Positions 10,686 through 20,362 of a stretch of DNA of 64,000 nt are shown here, piece after piece. Position 1 is the stretch's first letter, and every line of letters begins with the position of its first letter. The notes beneath the pieces are model-generated. The model had not been told where the DNA came from, did not search any database, and worked only from the letters and a program-made list of their open reading frames with translations. A program made the position numbers and the translations under genes. The DNA is from an uncultured Gemmatimonadales bacterium (GTDB lineage: Bacteria > Gemmatimonadota > Gemmatimonadetes > Gemmatimonadales > GWC2-71-9). The stretch lies in NCBI GenBank assembly GCA_963821525.1, contig CAWGED010000004.1, positions 320,001 through 384,000 of the forward strand. The letters run 5' to 3'.

Positions 10686-11821
10686 TTGAGCGCACTTCGC
10701 GACGTGAAAGACCTGATCGAAGACCTCGAGCGAGGCGGGATTTCGCGCCGCGAGTTCGTGACACGCGCCGCGGCATTTGGACTGGGTCTCGGTGCGATCG
10801 GTGGCCTGCTTACCGCTTGTCGGGGATCCGGGAAGGGAGCTCACGGCGAAAGCCCCGAATTGGGACCGATCGAGAAAGAGCTGAGCATCTACAACTGGTC
10901 CGACTACATCGCCGAGGGAGACCGTTCCCAACTTCGAGAAGGAATTCGGCGTCAAGGTCACCTACGAGCAGTACGAGAGCAACGAGGAAATGCTGGCTCG
11001 CCTCGAGAGCGGGCAAGCCGGCTACGACATCATAGTGCCGTCCGGCTATGTCGTACCCGTTCTCCTGGCCAAGGGCCTCATCGCCCCGATCAACCAGAAT
11101 TTCCTTACCAACTGGACCAACGTCGCGCCAATCTTCCTCGATCCTCCGTTCGATCCCGACAATGCCCACACCGTGCCCTGGCAATGGGGGACCACCGGTC
11201 TGGCCTATCGGACCGACAAGATCAACCCTCCTCCCGATAGCTGGGCCGCATTCCTCGATCCGAAGTTGAAGGGCAGGATGACCCAGATGGACGACGAACG
11301 CGAGGTCATCGGCGCGTGGCTCCACTACCGGGGGCATTCCCTCAATTCGACCGAACCCGGAGACCTCGCGGCGGCCAAGGCGGATGCCATCTCGGCCAGA
11401 GCCAATCTCAAGGGCTACATCTCCGCACCGGTCAAGGAGCAACTGATTTCGGGTGAGGTATGGCTCGCCCAACTGTGGAACGGCGATACAGCGCAGGCGC
11501 GGGCAAAGCAGCCCAATCTGGACTACCGGCTCCCCAAGGAAGGGGGCACGATCTGGACCGATAACCTGGCCCTTACCAGCTCTGCCCTACACAAGCGGGC
11601 GGCGCATGAGTTCATGAACTACGTCCTTCGGCCGGAAGTGGGTGCCGCCATCTCAAACTTCACCGGCTACGGAACGCCTAACCAGGGTGCCATGGAGAAG
11701 ATGACCAACCCAGTCCCGTTCCCGACGGCGGACGAGATGAAGCGCCTCGAATATCAGAAGGACCTGGGTGACGGCGGCTGCGCTCTGGGATCAGATCTGG
11801 AGTGAGATCAAGAACGCATAG
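10686..11821 (+). CDS. Second PotD/PotF-family substrate-binding protein with Tat signal; frameshifts near 10918 and 11775
   Basis: SRREFV twin-arginine plus LTAC lipobox, ELSIYNWSDYI, GYDIIVPSGY, PKEGGTIWTDN, ends DQIWSEIKNA*. Confidence 0.8.
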
Positions 11822-11835
11822 CAGGGGAGGATCGA

Positions 11836-13186
11836 GTGCGGTTGCCCGACAGTGAGGTCCTGAAGCAGAGCGAGCGCTACCTCCGGCTTATCGGCGGGGC
11901 GGAAATGTCATTGGAGGAAAAGCAGGCCTTCATCACCGAGACGGTGGAGGCCTACGAGCAGTACGTCAACCGCGGGTTCATCGGCTACCGCAAGTCGGTC
12001 ACCGAGGCCGGACAGTTCGCGGCGCTGGAATGGTCGGGCCAGGGTTCCTTTGCTGCGGGATCTCCTCGGCCGGGAATACATCGACTGCCTGGGCGGGTAC
12101 GGCATCTTCAGCGCGGGGATCAACCACCCGAAGATCGTGAAGGCGGTGACCGACCAGATGCAGCGGATGGCGCTCAACAGCCAGGAGCTGCTGGAGCCGT
12201 GGCGGGCCGCACTCGCCCGGTTGCTCTCGGCGGTTACTCCCGGACGACTCCAGAACTGCTTCTTCATCAACAACGGAACCGATGCCATCGAAGGCGCGAT
12301 CAAGCTGGCCCGCCTTCACACTCGGCGAAATACTTTCGTCTCCACGCTGGGCGGCTTCCACGGCAAGTCGATGGGCTCGCTGTCGCTGATGGGAAAGGCC
12401 TCATTCCGGGAGCCGTTCCTGGGCGGTCTGCAGGACGTACGCTTCGTGCCCTACGGCGACGCCGAGGCGCTCGAAGCCGAGCTGGCCAAGGCGGAGCAGG
12501 TCGGCACGCCAATCGCGGCGTTCGTGGTCGAGCCGGTGCAGGGAGAGGCAGGCGGCGTGGTTCCTCCTGACGATTACCTGCCGCGGGTGCGCGATCTCTG
12601 TACCCGCTTCGGTACTCTCATGGTCGCCGACGAGATCCAGACCGGTATGGGTCGCACCGGCCGGCTCTGGGGTGTGGACCACTGGGACGTCCAGCCCGAC
12701 ATCCTCTGCGTCGGCAAGTCGATCGGCGGCGGCGTCATGCCGCTTTCCGCGTTCATCTCGACTCCCGAGATCTGGGAGGTGCTGATCCCCAATCCGATCA
12801 TCCACTCGACGACTTTCGGAGGGAATCCGATTGCCTGTGCGGCGGGAATCGCTGCGATCCAGGTGACGTTGGAGGAAGATCTGCCCGGCCAGGCCGCGAT
12901 GAAGGGAGACTTCCTCCTCGCCGAGCTGCGCGGGCTGATGCAGCGATTCCCCCAGATTCTGAGCGACGTCCACGGCAAGGGCCTGTTGATCGGAATGGAA
13001 TTCCACAGCGATCCGATCGGCTGGAAGTGCGCCTCCGGTCTGTTCAAGCGGGGCGTGCTGGTGGCCGGCACCTACTCCAAGGCCCGCACGATCCGAATCG
13101 AACCGGCCCTGGGCATCCCGATGGATCTGCTGAAGGAGATGCTGGGGAGGTTGGAGGACACGTTGAAGGAGATGGAAAAAGCGTGA
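11836..13186 (+). CDS. patA: Putrescine aminotransferase; frameshift near 12050
   Basis: YVNRGFIGYRKSVT, EYIDCLGGYGIF, FHGKSMGSLS, TIRIEPAL are typical of YgjG/PatA. Confidence 0.8.
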
Positions 13187-13300
13187 GACGTGAGACGTGA
13201 GACGTAAGAAAGAGAAGGGGTGGTTGAGCCGGTGATGCCGGCCCGCCACCCCTTCTCACCTCTTACTTCTCACGTCTTACTTCTCACTTCTCACTTCTTT
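13182..13300. repeat. Inverted heptamer array (CGTGAGA x3, CGTAAGA ... TTCTCAC/GTCTTAC x6)
   Basis: The patA stop TGA lies in the first unit; between convergent genes. Confidence 0.9.
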
Positions 13301-13301
13301 T

Positions 13302-14156
13302 CTACTCCGCCGCTTCCTCGCTGCCGCCGAAATCGTGGCCCCAGCTGATAGTGGCGCCGAACCAGATTTTGGTGTCTTCCTGGTTCACGCCCGTGGGTCC
13401 ACTAGTGGTCTTCGTGATCTTGGTGAACTCGTCGTTGTTGACCACGAAGTGGAACGCTGGGTTGATTGACAGCGGCCCCGCCGAGAAAGGCAAGCTCAGC
13501 GAGAAGTCGAGGTGAGTAAGACCGCTCTCGTTGAAGTTGGCCAGCTCCGACGGGTCGCTGTCGTTGATTTCCTGTCCGGCACTGAAGCCGGCCAGCGCAC
13601 CGATGGTGAGGGGCAGCTCGGCGGACAGGGGAATGCCGTGTGAAACACTCGCCTCGATGTAGGCGCCCTTGATCTTGTCCACGTCGTAATAGATCGAGAG
13701 CTTGGGACTCAGGAAGACGTCAGCCGCAAACTTACCGTAGATTTCGACGGTGTTGTTGTCCTCAGTCAGCCCGCCATCGTTGGGATAGATGTAGCCCGTA
13801 GCACCCGGCGTGAGGGTGACTTTTCCGACCGGGATGCCCAGTTCAAGCCACCAGTCGAATTCCGTCAGATCAGGACCGGCCAAACCACCGCCCTCACTGA
13901 TGTTGTCCGGCACCTCGTCGTACTTGCTGGGCTCGATGTTGGCCCACCCGCCGCCGGTCACCCCAATCGATCCAATCGGGACAGTCAGGTATAAGTCCGG
14001 CTGGATGACGAACTTGTTGGTCAGCGACAACCCACGCCAAACGTAGGCGCTGTTGAATGCAGCGTCTGCGCCGAGCGTCACTTGGGCCGTGGCGGTACTC
14101 GCCAGCCCAAGGGCCAGGCCGAGGACGGCCCCTCCGACGATGAACGAGCGTCTCAT
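13302..14156 (-). CDS. Outer-membrane beta-barrel protein, TorF/Gcw_chp-like putative porin
   Basis: Signal peptide ending ATA-Q, SAYVWRG motif, alternating beta-strand pattern, aromatic C-terminal strand WFGATISW. Confidence 0.65.
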   Translation of the reverse strand: MRRSFIVGGAVLGLALGLASTATAQVTLGADAAFNSAYVWRGLSLTNKFVIQPDLYLTVPIGSIGVTGGGWANIEPSKYDEVPDNISEGGGLAGPDLTEFDWWLELGIPVGKVTLTPGATGYIYPNDGGLTEDNNTVEIYGKFAADVFLSPKLSIYYDVDKIKGAYIEASVSHGIPLSAELPLTIGALAGFSAGQEINDSDPSELANFNESGLTHLDFSLSLPFSAGPLSINPAFHFVVNNDEFTKITKTTSGPTGVNQEDTKIWFGATISWGHDFGGSEEAAE

Positions 14157-14176
14157 GTGGTCTCCTCAAGGAAGTG

Positions 14177-14214
14177 AACAAAGAACCGGCCCGCCCTCAC
14201 CCGAGCGGACCGGC
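14177..14214 (-). terminator. Intrinsic terminator inside the 5' leader of the barrel gene
   Basis: Minus strand GCCGGUCCGCUC-GGGUGA-GGGCGGGCCGGU (12-bp stem) followed by UCUUUGUU, just upstream of RBS GAGGAG. Confidence 0.7.
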
Positions 14215-14257
14215 GTCGGACCTTGGTCCGGGACCTGACATACGCCGCCCGTCGGGT

Positions 14258-14308
14258 TTAGCCGAACGGATAGAGAAAGATTGCCTTTCGATTGTCAGGT
14301 AAGGACAT
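14258..14308 (-). CDS. Putative leaderless leader peptide MSLPDNRKAIFLYPFG
   Basis: ATG 6 nt downstream of the -10 box; TAA falls in the loop of an RNA hairpin of the attenuator. Confidence 0.5.
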   Translation of the reverse strand: MSLPDNRKAIFLYPFG

Positions 14309-14313
14309 AGCGC

Positions 14314-14342
14314 TATATACCGGGGGCGCTTGAGCCTGTCAA
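14314..14342 (-). promoter_or_regulatory. Sigma70-type promoter TTGACA-N17-TATATA
   Basis: Perfect -35, 17-nt spacer, near-consensus -10 in an otherwise GC-rich sequence. Confidence 0.7.
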
Positions 14343-14407
14343 GCAACGGGGAACGAGGCTGTTGGCAGGTTGACTAACCGAGTGCCAAACCCCACGTTGA
14401 GCCATCC

Positions 14408-15796
14408 ATGGATGATCTTCCAGCTGGGCCAACCGCAGAAACTTTCGAGCAAGATCTCGGTGACCTCGTTAGTCAGGTGAGGGCGCACCCCGGCGACCAC
14501 GCCGCCTTTGCCACGGCACTCGACAGGGTCGCGGACAGGGTAGCAAGTGCCCCGGCCATACTCGAGGCCGGCATCGAGAACAGCTGGTCTCTCGATGGGG
14601 ACGACCTCAGGGGACGGCTGCTTGCCCGCGGAGTGGACGCGATTCGGGTCGCGGCGGGAGCCAATCGGGATGATCTCTTGGCCCTGGCTCGGGCGCTGGC
14701 CGAGGACGACGGGCCCCTTCCCAGCACGCCCGGCGTCCAGGTTGATCTGATTCCGACCCTGGGCCAGATACTCGGTACCGCACAGGGAGCTGACGGCGAG
14801 TTCATTCCTGAGCGGAGTTTCCCGCGCGGTATACCCCCCTTATTCGCCAAGCGTATCCGTCGCGGCGATCGCTTGGCCGCTACCCTGGTTCAGCTGCTCG
14901 ACCTGGTTCAGGCTTCGGTGCGGCGTAGAGCCTGGCTCGACGTGCTGCACAACGCCCAGGCGGTGCTTCGTCTCCACCCCGGAATCCCGGAGGGGGAGCG
15001 GCGCGGATACATCATTGCGCTTCGTGGCATCCTGACCCGCCCGGTGCTGCAGGCGCTGATCGAGCAGGCGTATCGGGTCACTGAGGAGCAGGCGCGGACG
15101 GTCGAACTGTTGCGGTTGGCCGGTCTGGATGCCGCGGAGTTGATCCTGGAAAATCTTCGTGCGGCGGAGGCAGTCGGGCCCCGAGCATTCCTGCTCGATG
15201 CGCTGGGAGGCATGCCGGATGCCTATTCTCTTGTCGTTGCCCTGCTCTCCAATGAGCGCTGGAGCGATCTCCGGCTCGCGGCCGACGTCCTGGGTCGCAT
15301 GGGCAACGCCCGCGCGATCCCCCCGTTGGTTGCCCGGGCAAATCACCCCGACGAACGGGTTCGGCTGGCGGTCATCGACGCGCTGGCCCGATTCCGCGAC
15401 AAACGAGTAGTCGACGGACTGCGCCAGCTGCTGAACCATCCCTCCCCGCGGACCCGGGCGCACGCGGGCAAGGCGCTGGCCGGCCGCCACTCCGGCGCCA
15501 TCGCGATGCCGCTTCTCGCCGCTCTCGATCAGGAAAAGGATCACACAGTGCGGATGGAGCTGCTTCAGGCGCTCGCCGGAATCGATGCGCCGGAGGCCCG
15601 GGCCGTACTGGTCAAGGTTGCGACCGAGCGGCGTGGGCTACTGGGCCGCGGCCGCCCGACGTCGGAGCGACTCGAAGTGGTAAGTGCGCTTGCCAATGCC
15701 AGGACCGAGGCTTCGCGACAGGCCCTCTCCCGGATCGCTGCTGAGGCTGACGGGCAGGTGCGGGACGCAGCGGTTCAGGCTCTGGGCCCTCGTTAG
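14408..15796 (+). CDS. HEAT-repeat domain protein
   Basis: Repeated R.AA..LG.....AIP.L..... motifs in the C-terminal half. Confidence 0.75.
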   Translation: MDDLPAGPTAETFEQDLGDLVSQVRAHPGDHAAFATALDRVADRVASAPAILEAGIENSWSLDGDDLRGRLLARGVDAIRVAAGANRDDLLALARALAEDDGPLPSTPGVQVDLIPTLGQILGTAQGADGEFIPERSFPRGIPPLFAKRIRRGDRLAATLVQLLDLVQASVRRRAWLDVLHNAQAVLRLHPGIPEGERRGYIIALRGILTRPVLQALIEQAYRVTEEQARTVELLRLAGLDAAELILENLRAAEAVGPRAFLLDALGGMPDAYSLVVALLSNERWSDLRLAADVLGRMGNARAIPPLVARANHPDERVRLAVIDALARFRDKRVVDGLRQLLNHPSPRTRAHAGKALAGRHSGAIAMPLLAALDQEKDHTVRMELLQALAGIDAPEARAVLVKVATERRGLLGRGRPTSERLEVVSALANARTEASRQALSRIAAEADGQVRDAAVQALGPR

Positions 15797-15856
15797 CTTC
15801 CCCGTCCGCCCGTCCGCCCTGTCTCGCCTGTCCCGCCTTCCCGCCCTCCCCTCTCA
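15796..15856. repeat. Degenerate 8-9-nt single-arm array (CCTGTCCCG-like)
   Basis: Fills the whole gap between convergent stops; resembles the right arm of the array at 53060. Confidence 0.6.
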
Positions 15857-16522
15857 CATCCTCCCAATATCCAGATTCTCCACGTGCACACTCAGGTTGT
15901 GATTCATTCTCAGTCCCACGATTCCATCGGTATCCACGCTGTCTGCGGCGACTGAGTAGACGACCTGCCCGTTGACCAGGAAACTCACCTTTCCCTTAAC
16001 AACTTGCAGGGCAAGGTTGTTGGCCACCGAACCGTCGCTCGACACCATCTTGACCACCGGACTCGGCGTCCAGCCCTTGGTGAGGTCACTGGTCTCCGCA
16101 CCATTCCGCCGCTTCACCTTGAAGGTGCCGTCGCCCCGGATCAGGAAGTAGGTGTAGCGCTCACCCTTCCCATCCAGATTCTGCCCACCGATGAACAATC
16201 CGAAGGCTTCCTCGTGCGATCCCTTGCTGGGAAACAGGTGCATCTGGGACCTCACGCTGTACTGGGTCTTGGCCTGGTCAACCGGGCGGTAGATAATGGT
16301 CGAGCTGCCGGTCGTGACGTGCCAGCCGGGAGGCATTGCCTCGAACTTCACCGTGGTGGCGGGGGCATTTTCGTCGGTGCGGACCATCCAGCCGGGAGGA
16401 AACTTCCCACCCCCGTCGATCGCCATGCTGTGATCATGTTCCTGGGCATTGAGCGTCGTGGCGAGGAAGCTGCTGATCAGGACTGCGGTCATGGCGCGCA
16501 TGGCTGGTCTCACTGAGGGCAC
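15854..16522 (-). CDS. Secreted beta-sandwich (concanavalin/DUF1080-like) hypothetical protein
   Basis: Signal peptide ending LNA-Q, beta-rich, DGIVGLRMNHN C-terminus; start uncertain. Confidence 0.6.
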   Translation of the reverse strand: MPSVRPAMRAMTAVLISSFLATTLNAQEHDHSMAIDGGGKFPPGWMVRTDENAPATTVKFEAMPPGWHVTTGSSTIIYRPVDQAKTQYSVRSQMHLFPSKGSHEEAFGLFIGGQNLDGKGERYTYFLIRGDGTFKVKRRNGAETSDLTKGWTPSPVVKMVSSDGSVANNLALQVVKGKVSFLVNGQVVYSVAADSVDTDGIVGLRMNHNLSVHVENLDIGRM

Positions 16523-16606
16523 GGTGGGTGGTGGGTCTGAATGTTGAATCCTCGCCGGGAACCGGCTAAGCTATGTCTCGGCTCAAGCCCTGATCCGGGA
16601 GTGACG

Positions 16607-16792
16607 ATGGAAATCCTCGGTCGCATTTTCGCCGCTATCGGTGCCGGTGGCGTGCTCATGGCCCTGACCTTCGTGTCGCTGCTTATCGGTGTCCTGATCC
16701 ACGGGATGATCCTGCTGATGGCGGGAAAGCCGATCGACGACTACCTACGCAAGAAGGGCCACGAGGTTTTCGAACCGGGGAACCTCAAGTAG
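16607..16792 (+). CDS. Small membrane protein
   Basis: GGGAG RBS, ATG, long hydrophobic segment. Confidence 0.55.
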   Translation: MEILGRIFAAIGAGGVLMALTFVSLLIGVLIHGMILLMAGKPIDDYLRKKGHEVFEPGNLK

Positions 16793-17159
16793 TCGGCTTC
16801 TCCTCCGCACTCGCGCCACCCGCGCCACCCTCCGCACTCGCCGCCTTTACCGCCGCGTCGTAGTTGATTTTCAGGCTTCCAAACAGCTCCCGGAGTCCCC
16901 GGATCTTCATCTGCTGCCCGCCGCCGCGGCGCGCCATGGTACTCATCAGGCCGGCGGTTTCGGCCAAACCATTGAGGCTCATCTGACCGGCCCCCGACTT
17001 GATTTCATCCAGGGTGCGGCCGAAGGAACGCACCACGCTCTCGTCGGCTTGCATGTTGGCCATGAGCTCGATGGTGCTGTGGATTTTCTGGAACTTCGGG
17101 GTTAGTCCCTGGAGGTAGGCGAGTTGTGCCTGCTGGCGCGCATTCAGTTTGACTCCCAT
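16785..17159 (-). CDS. Helical hypothetical protein, Hpt-like
   Basis: LDEIKSGAGQMSLNGLAETAGLM resembles the Hpt helix pattern but has no His at the acceptor position. Confidence 0.6.
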   Translation of the reverse strand: MGVKLNARQQAQLAYLQGLTPKFQKIHSTIELMANMQADESVVRSFGRTLDEIKSGAGQMSLNGLAETAGLMSTMARRGGGQQMKIRGLRELFGSLKINYDAAVKAASAEGGAGGASAEEKPTT

Positions 17160-17290
17160 GGTTGAACAATAGTACGTTGATCCCCTCGCGTGAAACCTGC
17201 TGGACTCCGCAACGTCAGGCAGTCGTTCCGCGTCCCAAGTAGCTCGTTCGGCCCCCGGCCGTCTCCTCCATTACGAAGTGTGGTGATCCG

Positions 17291-20200
17291 ATGAAGCTGT
17301 CGGATGTGTCCATCAGGCGCCCGGTGCTCACCAGCATGCTGAGTGTCGGGCTGGTCGTCTTCGGTATCATCGGGTATACCCGCCTTCCGGTGCGGGACTA
17401 CCCGGACATCGATCCGCCCATCATATCGGTCACGACCGTGTTGCCCGGAGCCGATCCTCAGGTGGTGGAATCGGCGGTTACCGACGTCCTGGAAGAGGAG
17501 TTAAGCACGGTCGCCGGACTGCGGACTCTGACCAGCTCGAGCGGCGAGCAGCTCAGCAACATCACCCTCGAGTTCACCCTCGATAAGAACGTCGACGTGG
17601 TGTCCCAGGACGTCCGGGACAAGGTCTCCCGGGTCCGCGGCCGACTGCCGCGGGACATCGAAGAGCCGGTGGTCGCCAAGCAGGAAGCGGACGCCCAGCC
17701 GTTCTACTGGATGGCGCTCTCGGGGGCCAACTATGACCTCTTACAGCTTTCTGACATTGCCGATCGGCGGGTAAAGGCCCGGCTGCAGAGCCTCTCCGGC
17801 GTGGGCAGTGCCCAGATCTTCGGCGAGCGGCGTTTCTCCATGCGGGTCTGGCTCTCGGCGCCAGAAATGGCGGCCCGCGGGCTGACGGTGCAGGACGTCG
17901 AATCCGCCATTCAGAGCCGTAACGTCGAGGTCCCGGCCGGCCGGATCGAATCCGATCGTCGGGAGTTCTCGGTCCGCTCTCTCGGCGAGCTCAAGACGCC
18001 GCTCGAGTTCGAGGACCTGGTGGTCACCGACCAGGGCGGCCAGCCGGTCCGGCTCAAGGATCTGGGCCGCGTGGAGCTGGGACCTCAGGACGACCGCAGC
18101 GTGCTTCGATTCAAGGGGAACTCGGCCGTCGCCATCGGGGTGGTGCGGCAGTCCAAGGCCAACCTGATCCAGGTCGCCAAGGAAATCCGGAACGAATTGC
18201 CGGCGATCCAGGCCTCGCTGCCCCCGGGTGTCGCCATCGAGACGGCGTTCGACGGCTCGGAATTCGTAACTCGCTCGATCAGTGAGGCGCAGGACACGCT
18301 GCTGATCGCGGCGGTACTGGTGATCATCATCATCTTCGTCTTCCTGAGAAATCTCCGGGCCACGATCATCCCGGGTCTGGCGATTCCTACGTCAATCATC
18401 GCGACCTTCGCGGTGATGTATTTCCTCGGCTTCTCCATCAATAACCTGACTCTGCTGGCTCTGACCCTGGCCATCGGCATCGTGGTGGATGACGCGATCA
18501 TCGTGCTGGAGAACGCCTACCGTCACCAGGAAGAGCTGCACGAATCGCCCGAAGTGGCGGCGACCAACGGCACCCGGGAAATCGCCTTTGCGGTGATCGC
18601 GACTACGATCTCACTGGTGGCGGTCTTTACCCCGCTCGCCTTCCTGCAGGGTAACACCGGGCGATTGTTCAACGAATTCGGCATCGCGGTGGCGGGGTCG
18701 GTAATGATCTCGGGCTTCGTGGCCCTGACCCTCACCCCGATGCTGTGCGCCAAAATCCTCCGGGTGCCGGAGCGGCACGGCGTCCTGTACCAGGTGTTCG
18801 AAAATGGGTTTCGCAAGCTGTCCGAGGGTTACACCAGTTCCCTGGCGTGGGCCCTACGCTACCGCCTGGTCGTAGTCCTGGGTGCGTTCGTCATAGCGGG
18901 GATGGCCTGGGTGCTCTTCAATAGCCTCAAGCGGGAATTCATTCCGGCGGACGATCAGGGATGGTTCATGACGGCGACCATCGCCCCGGAGGGCTCGTCA
19001 CTGTCGTTCACCGACGGATACCAGAAGCAGGTAGAGCAGATCATTTCCAAGGTGCCGGAGGTCGAGAGCTACTTCGGGGTGGTGAACTTCGGCGGCGGAG
19101 TGAACAACGGTCTGGTGTTCACCAAGCTCAAGGACTACAAGGACCGCAAGCGCACCGTGGAGCAGATCATCGGCGAGGTGCAGCCCCAGTTCTTCGGCGT
19201 TGCCGGCCTTTTCGCCTTCGCCTTCAACCCCCCGGCGATCGGCGGGTTCGGGAAGCCGGTGCAGTTCGTGGTGCAGAATCCCGACTACGATGTGCTGGGC
19301 GCCACCATGGACACATTCGTCACCCGGGCGCGGCAGATTCCCGGGCTGGTCAACATCGATACCGATCTCCGGGTCAACAAGCCGCAATTAACTATCCATT
19401 TCGACCGTGACCGGGCCGAGGATCTCGGCGTGCCGGTCGAGGCGATCGCCAGCACGCTGCAGACCATGCTGGGGGGCCGCAAGGTCAGCACCTTTACCCG
19501 GGAGAACAAGTTGTACGACGTAATGGTGCAGCTCGATCCGACCGAACGCTCTACCCCGTTGGATATTTCCGGCCTCTATGTCCGGGGCCGGAATGATCAG
19601 CTGGTCCAGCTCTCCGCGGTGACTCGGGTGGACGAGGGCGTCGGGCCGAAACAGCTCAACCACTACAACCGGATCGCCAACTTCACGATGGATGCGAGCC
19701 TGGCGCCCGGCTTTACCCTGGGAGAAGCGATCGACTCACTGAACAACCTGGCCAGGGAAGTCCTGCCGCGCGGCAGCACCACCGCTCTCGCCGGCGAGTC
19801 GCGAGAGCTGGAAGAGAGCGGGGGATCGCTCTATTTCGCGTTCATGCTGGCGCTGCTGGTGGTGTTCATGGTACTGGCCTCGCAGTTCGAGTCGCTCCTG
19901 CATCCCTTCACTGTGCTCCTGGCTGTGCCGCTCGCGGTGACGGGCGCACTCATCGTGCTGAAGCTGGCGGGATCCACCATCAATCTTTACAGCCAGATCG
20001 GCATGATCCTGCTGATCGGGCTGGTCACCAAGAACTCGATTCTGCTGGTGGAATACGCCAACCAGCTCCAGGAGAAAGGGCTGACCCCGGTGGAGGCAAT
20101 GCTCGAAGCGGGCCGCATTCGGCTGCGGCCCATCCTCATGACCTCGGTGGCGACCATTACCAGCGCGGTGCCGATCGCGCTGGGTCTCGGCGCCGGCTCG

Positions 20201-20362
20201 ATCAGTCGGCGTCCGCTGGGCTACGCCATCGTCGGAGGCGTGTTCTTCTCCACCGCTCTCACACTCTACCTCGTGCCCGTCGTCTACACCCTGCTCGATC
20301 GACTCCGCCACCGGAAGGAAGCCGAGGTTCCGGCGGTGGCTCCGCTCGAGGAGGTGTCGTGA
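17291..20362 (+). CDS. RND efflux transporter permease (AcrB/AcrD/AcrF family)
   Basis: 1023 aa, GIVVDDAII, LIGLVTKNSIL, RLRPILMT. Confidence 0.95.
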   Translation: MKLSDVSIRRPVLTSMLSVGLVVFGIIGYTRLPVRDYPDIDPPIISVTTVLPGADPQVVESAVTDVLEEELSTVAGLRTLTSSSGEQLSNITLEFTLDKNVDVVSQDVRDKVSRVRGRLPRDIEEPVVAKQEADAQPFYWMALSGANYDLLQLSDIADRRVKARLQSLSGVGSAQIFGERRFSMRVWLSAPEMAARGLTVQDVESAIQSRNVEVPAGRIESDRREFSVRSLGELKTPLEFEDLVVTDQGGQPVRLKDLGRVELGPQDDRSVLRFKGNSAVAIGVVRQSKANLIQVAKEIRNELPAIQASLPPGVAIETAFDGSEFVTRSISEAQDTLLIAAVLVIIIIFVFLRNLRATIIPGLAIPTSIIATFAVMYFLGFSINNLTLLALTLAIGIVVDDAIIVLENAYRHQEELHESPEVAATNGTREIAFAVIATTISLVAVFTPLAFLQGNTGRLFNEFGIAVAGSVMISGFVALTLTPMLCAKILRVPERHGVLYQVFENGFRKLSEGYTSSLAWALRYRLVVVLGAFVIAGMAWVLFNSLKREFIPADDQGWFMTATIAPEGSSLSFTDGYQKQVEQIISKVPEVESYFGVVNFGGGVNNGLVFTKLKDYKDRKRTVEQIIGEVQPQFFGVAGLFAFAFNPPAIGGFGKPVQFVVQNPDYDVLGATMDTFVTRARQIPGLVNIDTDLRVNKPQLTIHFDRDRAEDLGVPVEAIASTLQTMLGGRKVSTFTRENKLYDVMVQLDPTERSTPLDISGLYVRGRNDQLVQLSAVTRVDEGVGPKQLNHYNRIANFTMDASLAPGFTLGEAIDSLNNLAREVLPRGSTTALAGESRELEESGGSLYFAFMLALLVVFMVLASQFESLLHPFTVLLAVPLAVTGALIVLKLAGSTINLYSQIGMILLIGLVTKNSILLVEYANQLQEKGLTPVEAMLEAGRIRLRPILMTSVATITSAVPIALGLGAGSISRRPLGYAIVGGVFFSTALTLYLVPVVYTLLDRLRHRKEAEVPAVAPLEEVS

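Noticed and set aside
14240..14300. c-di-GMP-I or glutamine riboswitch in the barrel-gene leader
   Set aside because: GGCAA and CUAAA words are present, but the GACGCAAAG core and the glnA-motif GGAAGUA core are absent
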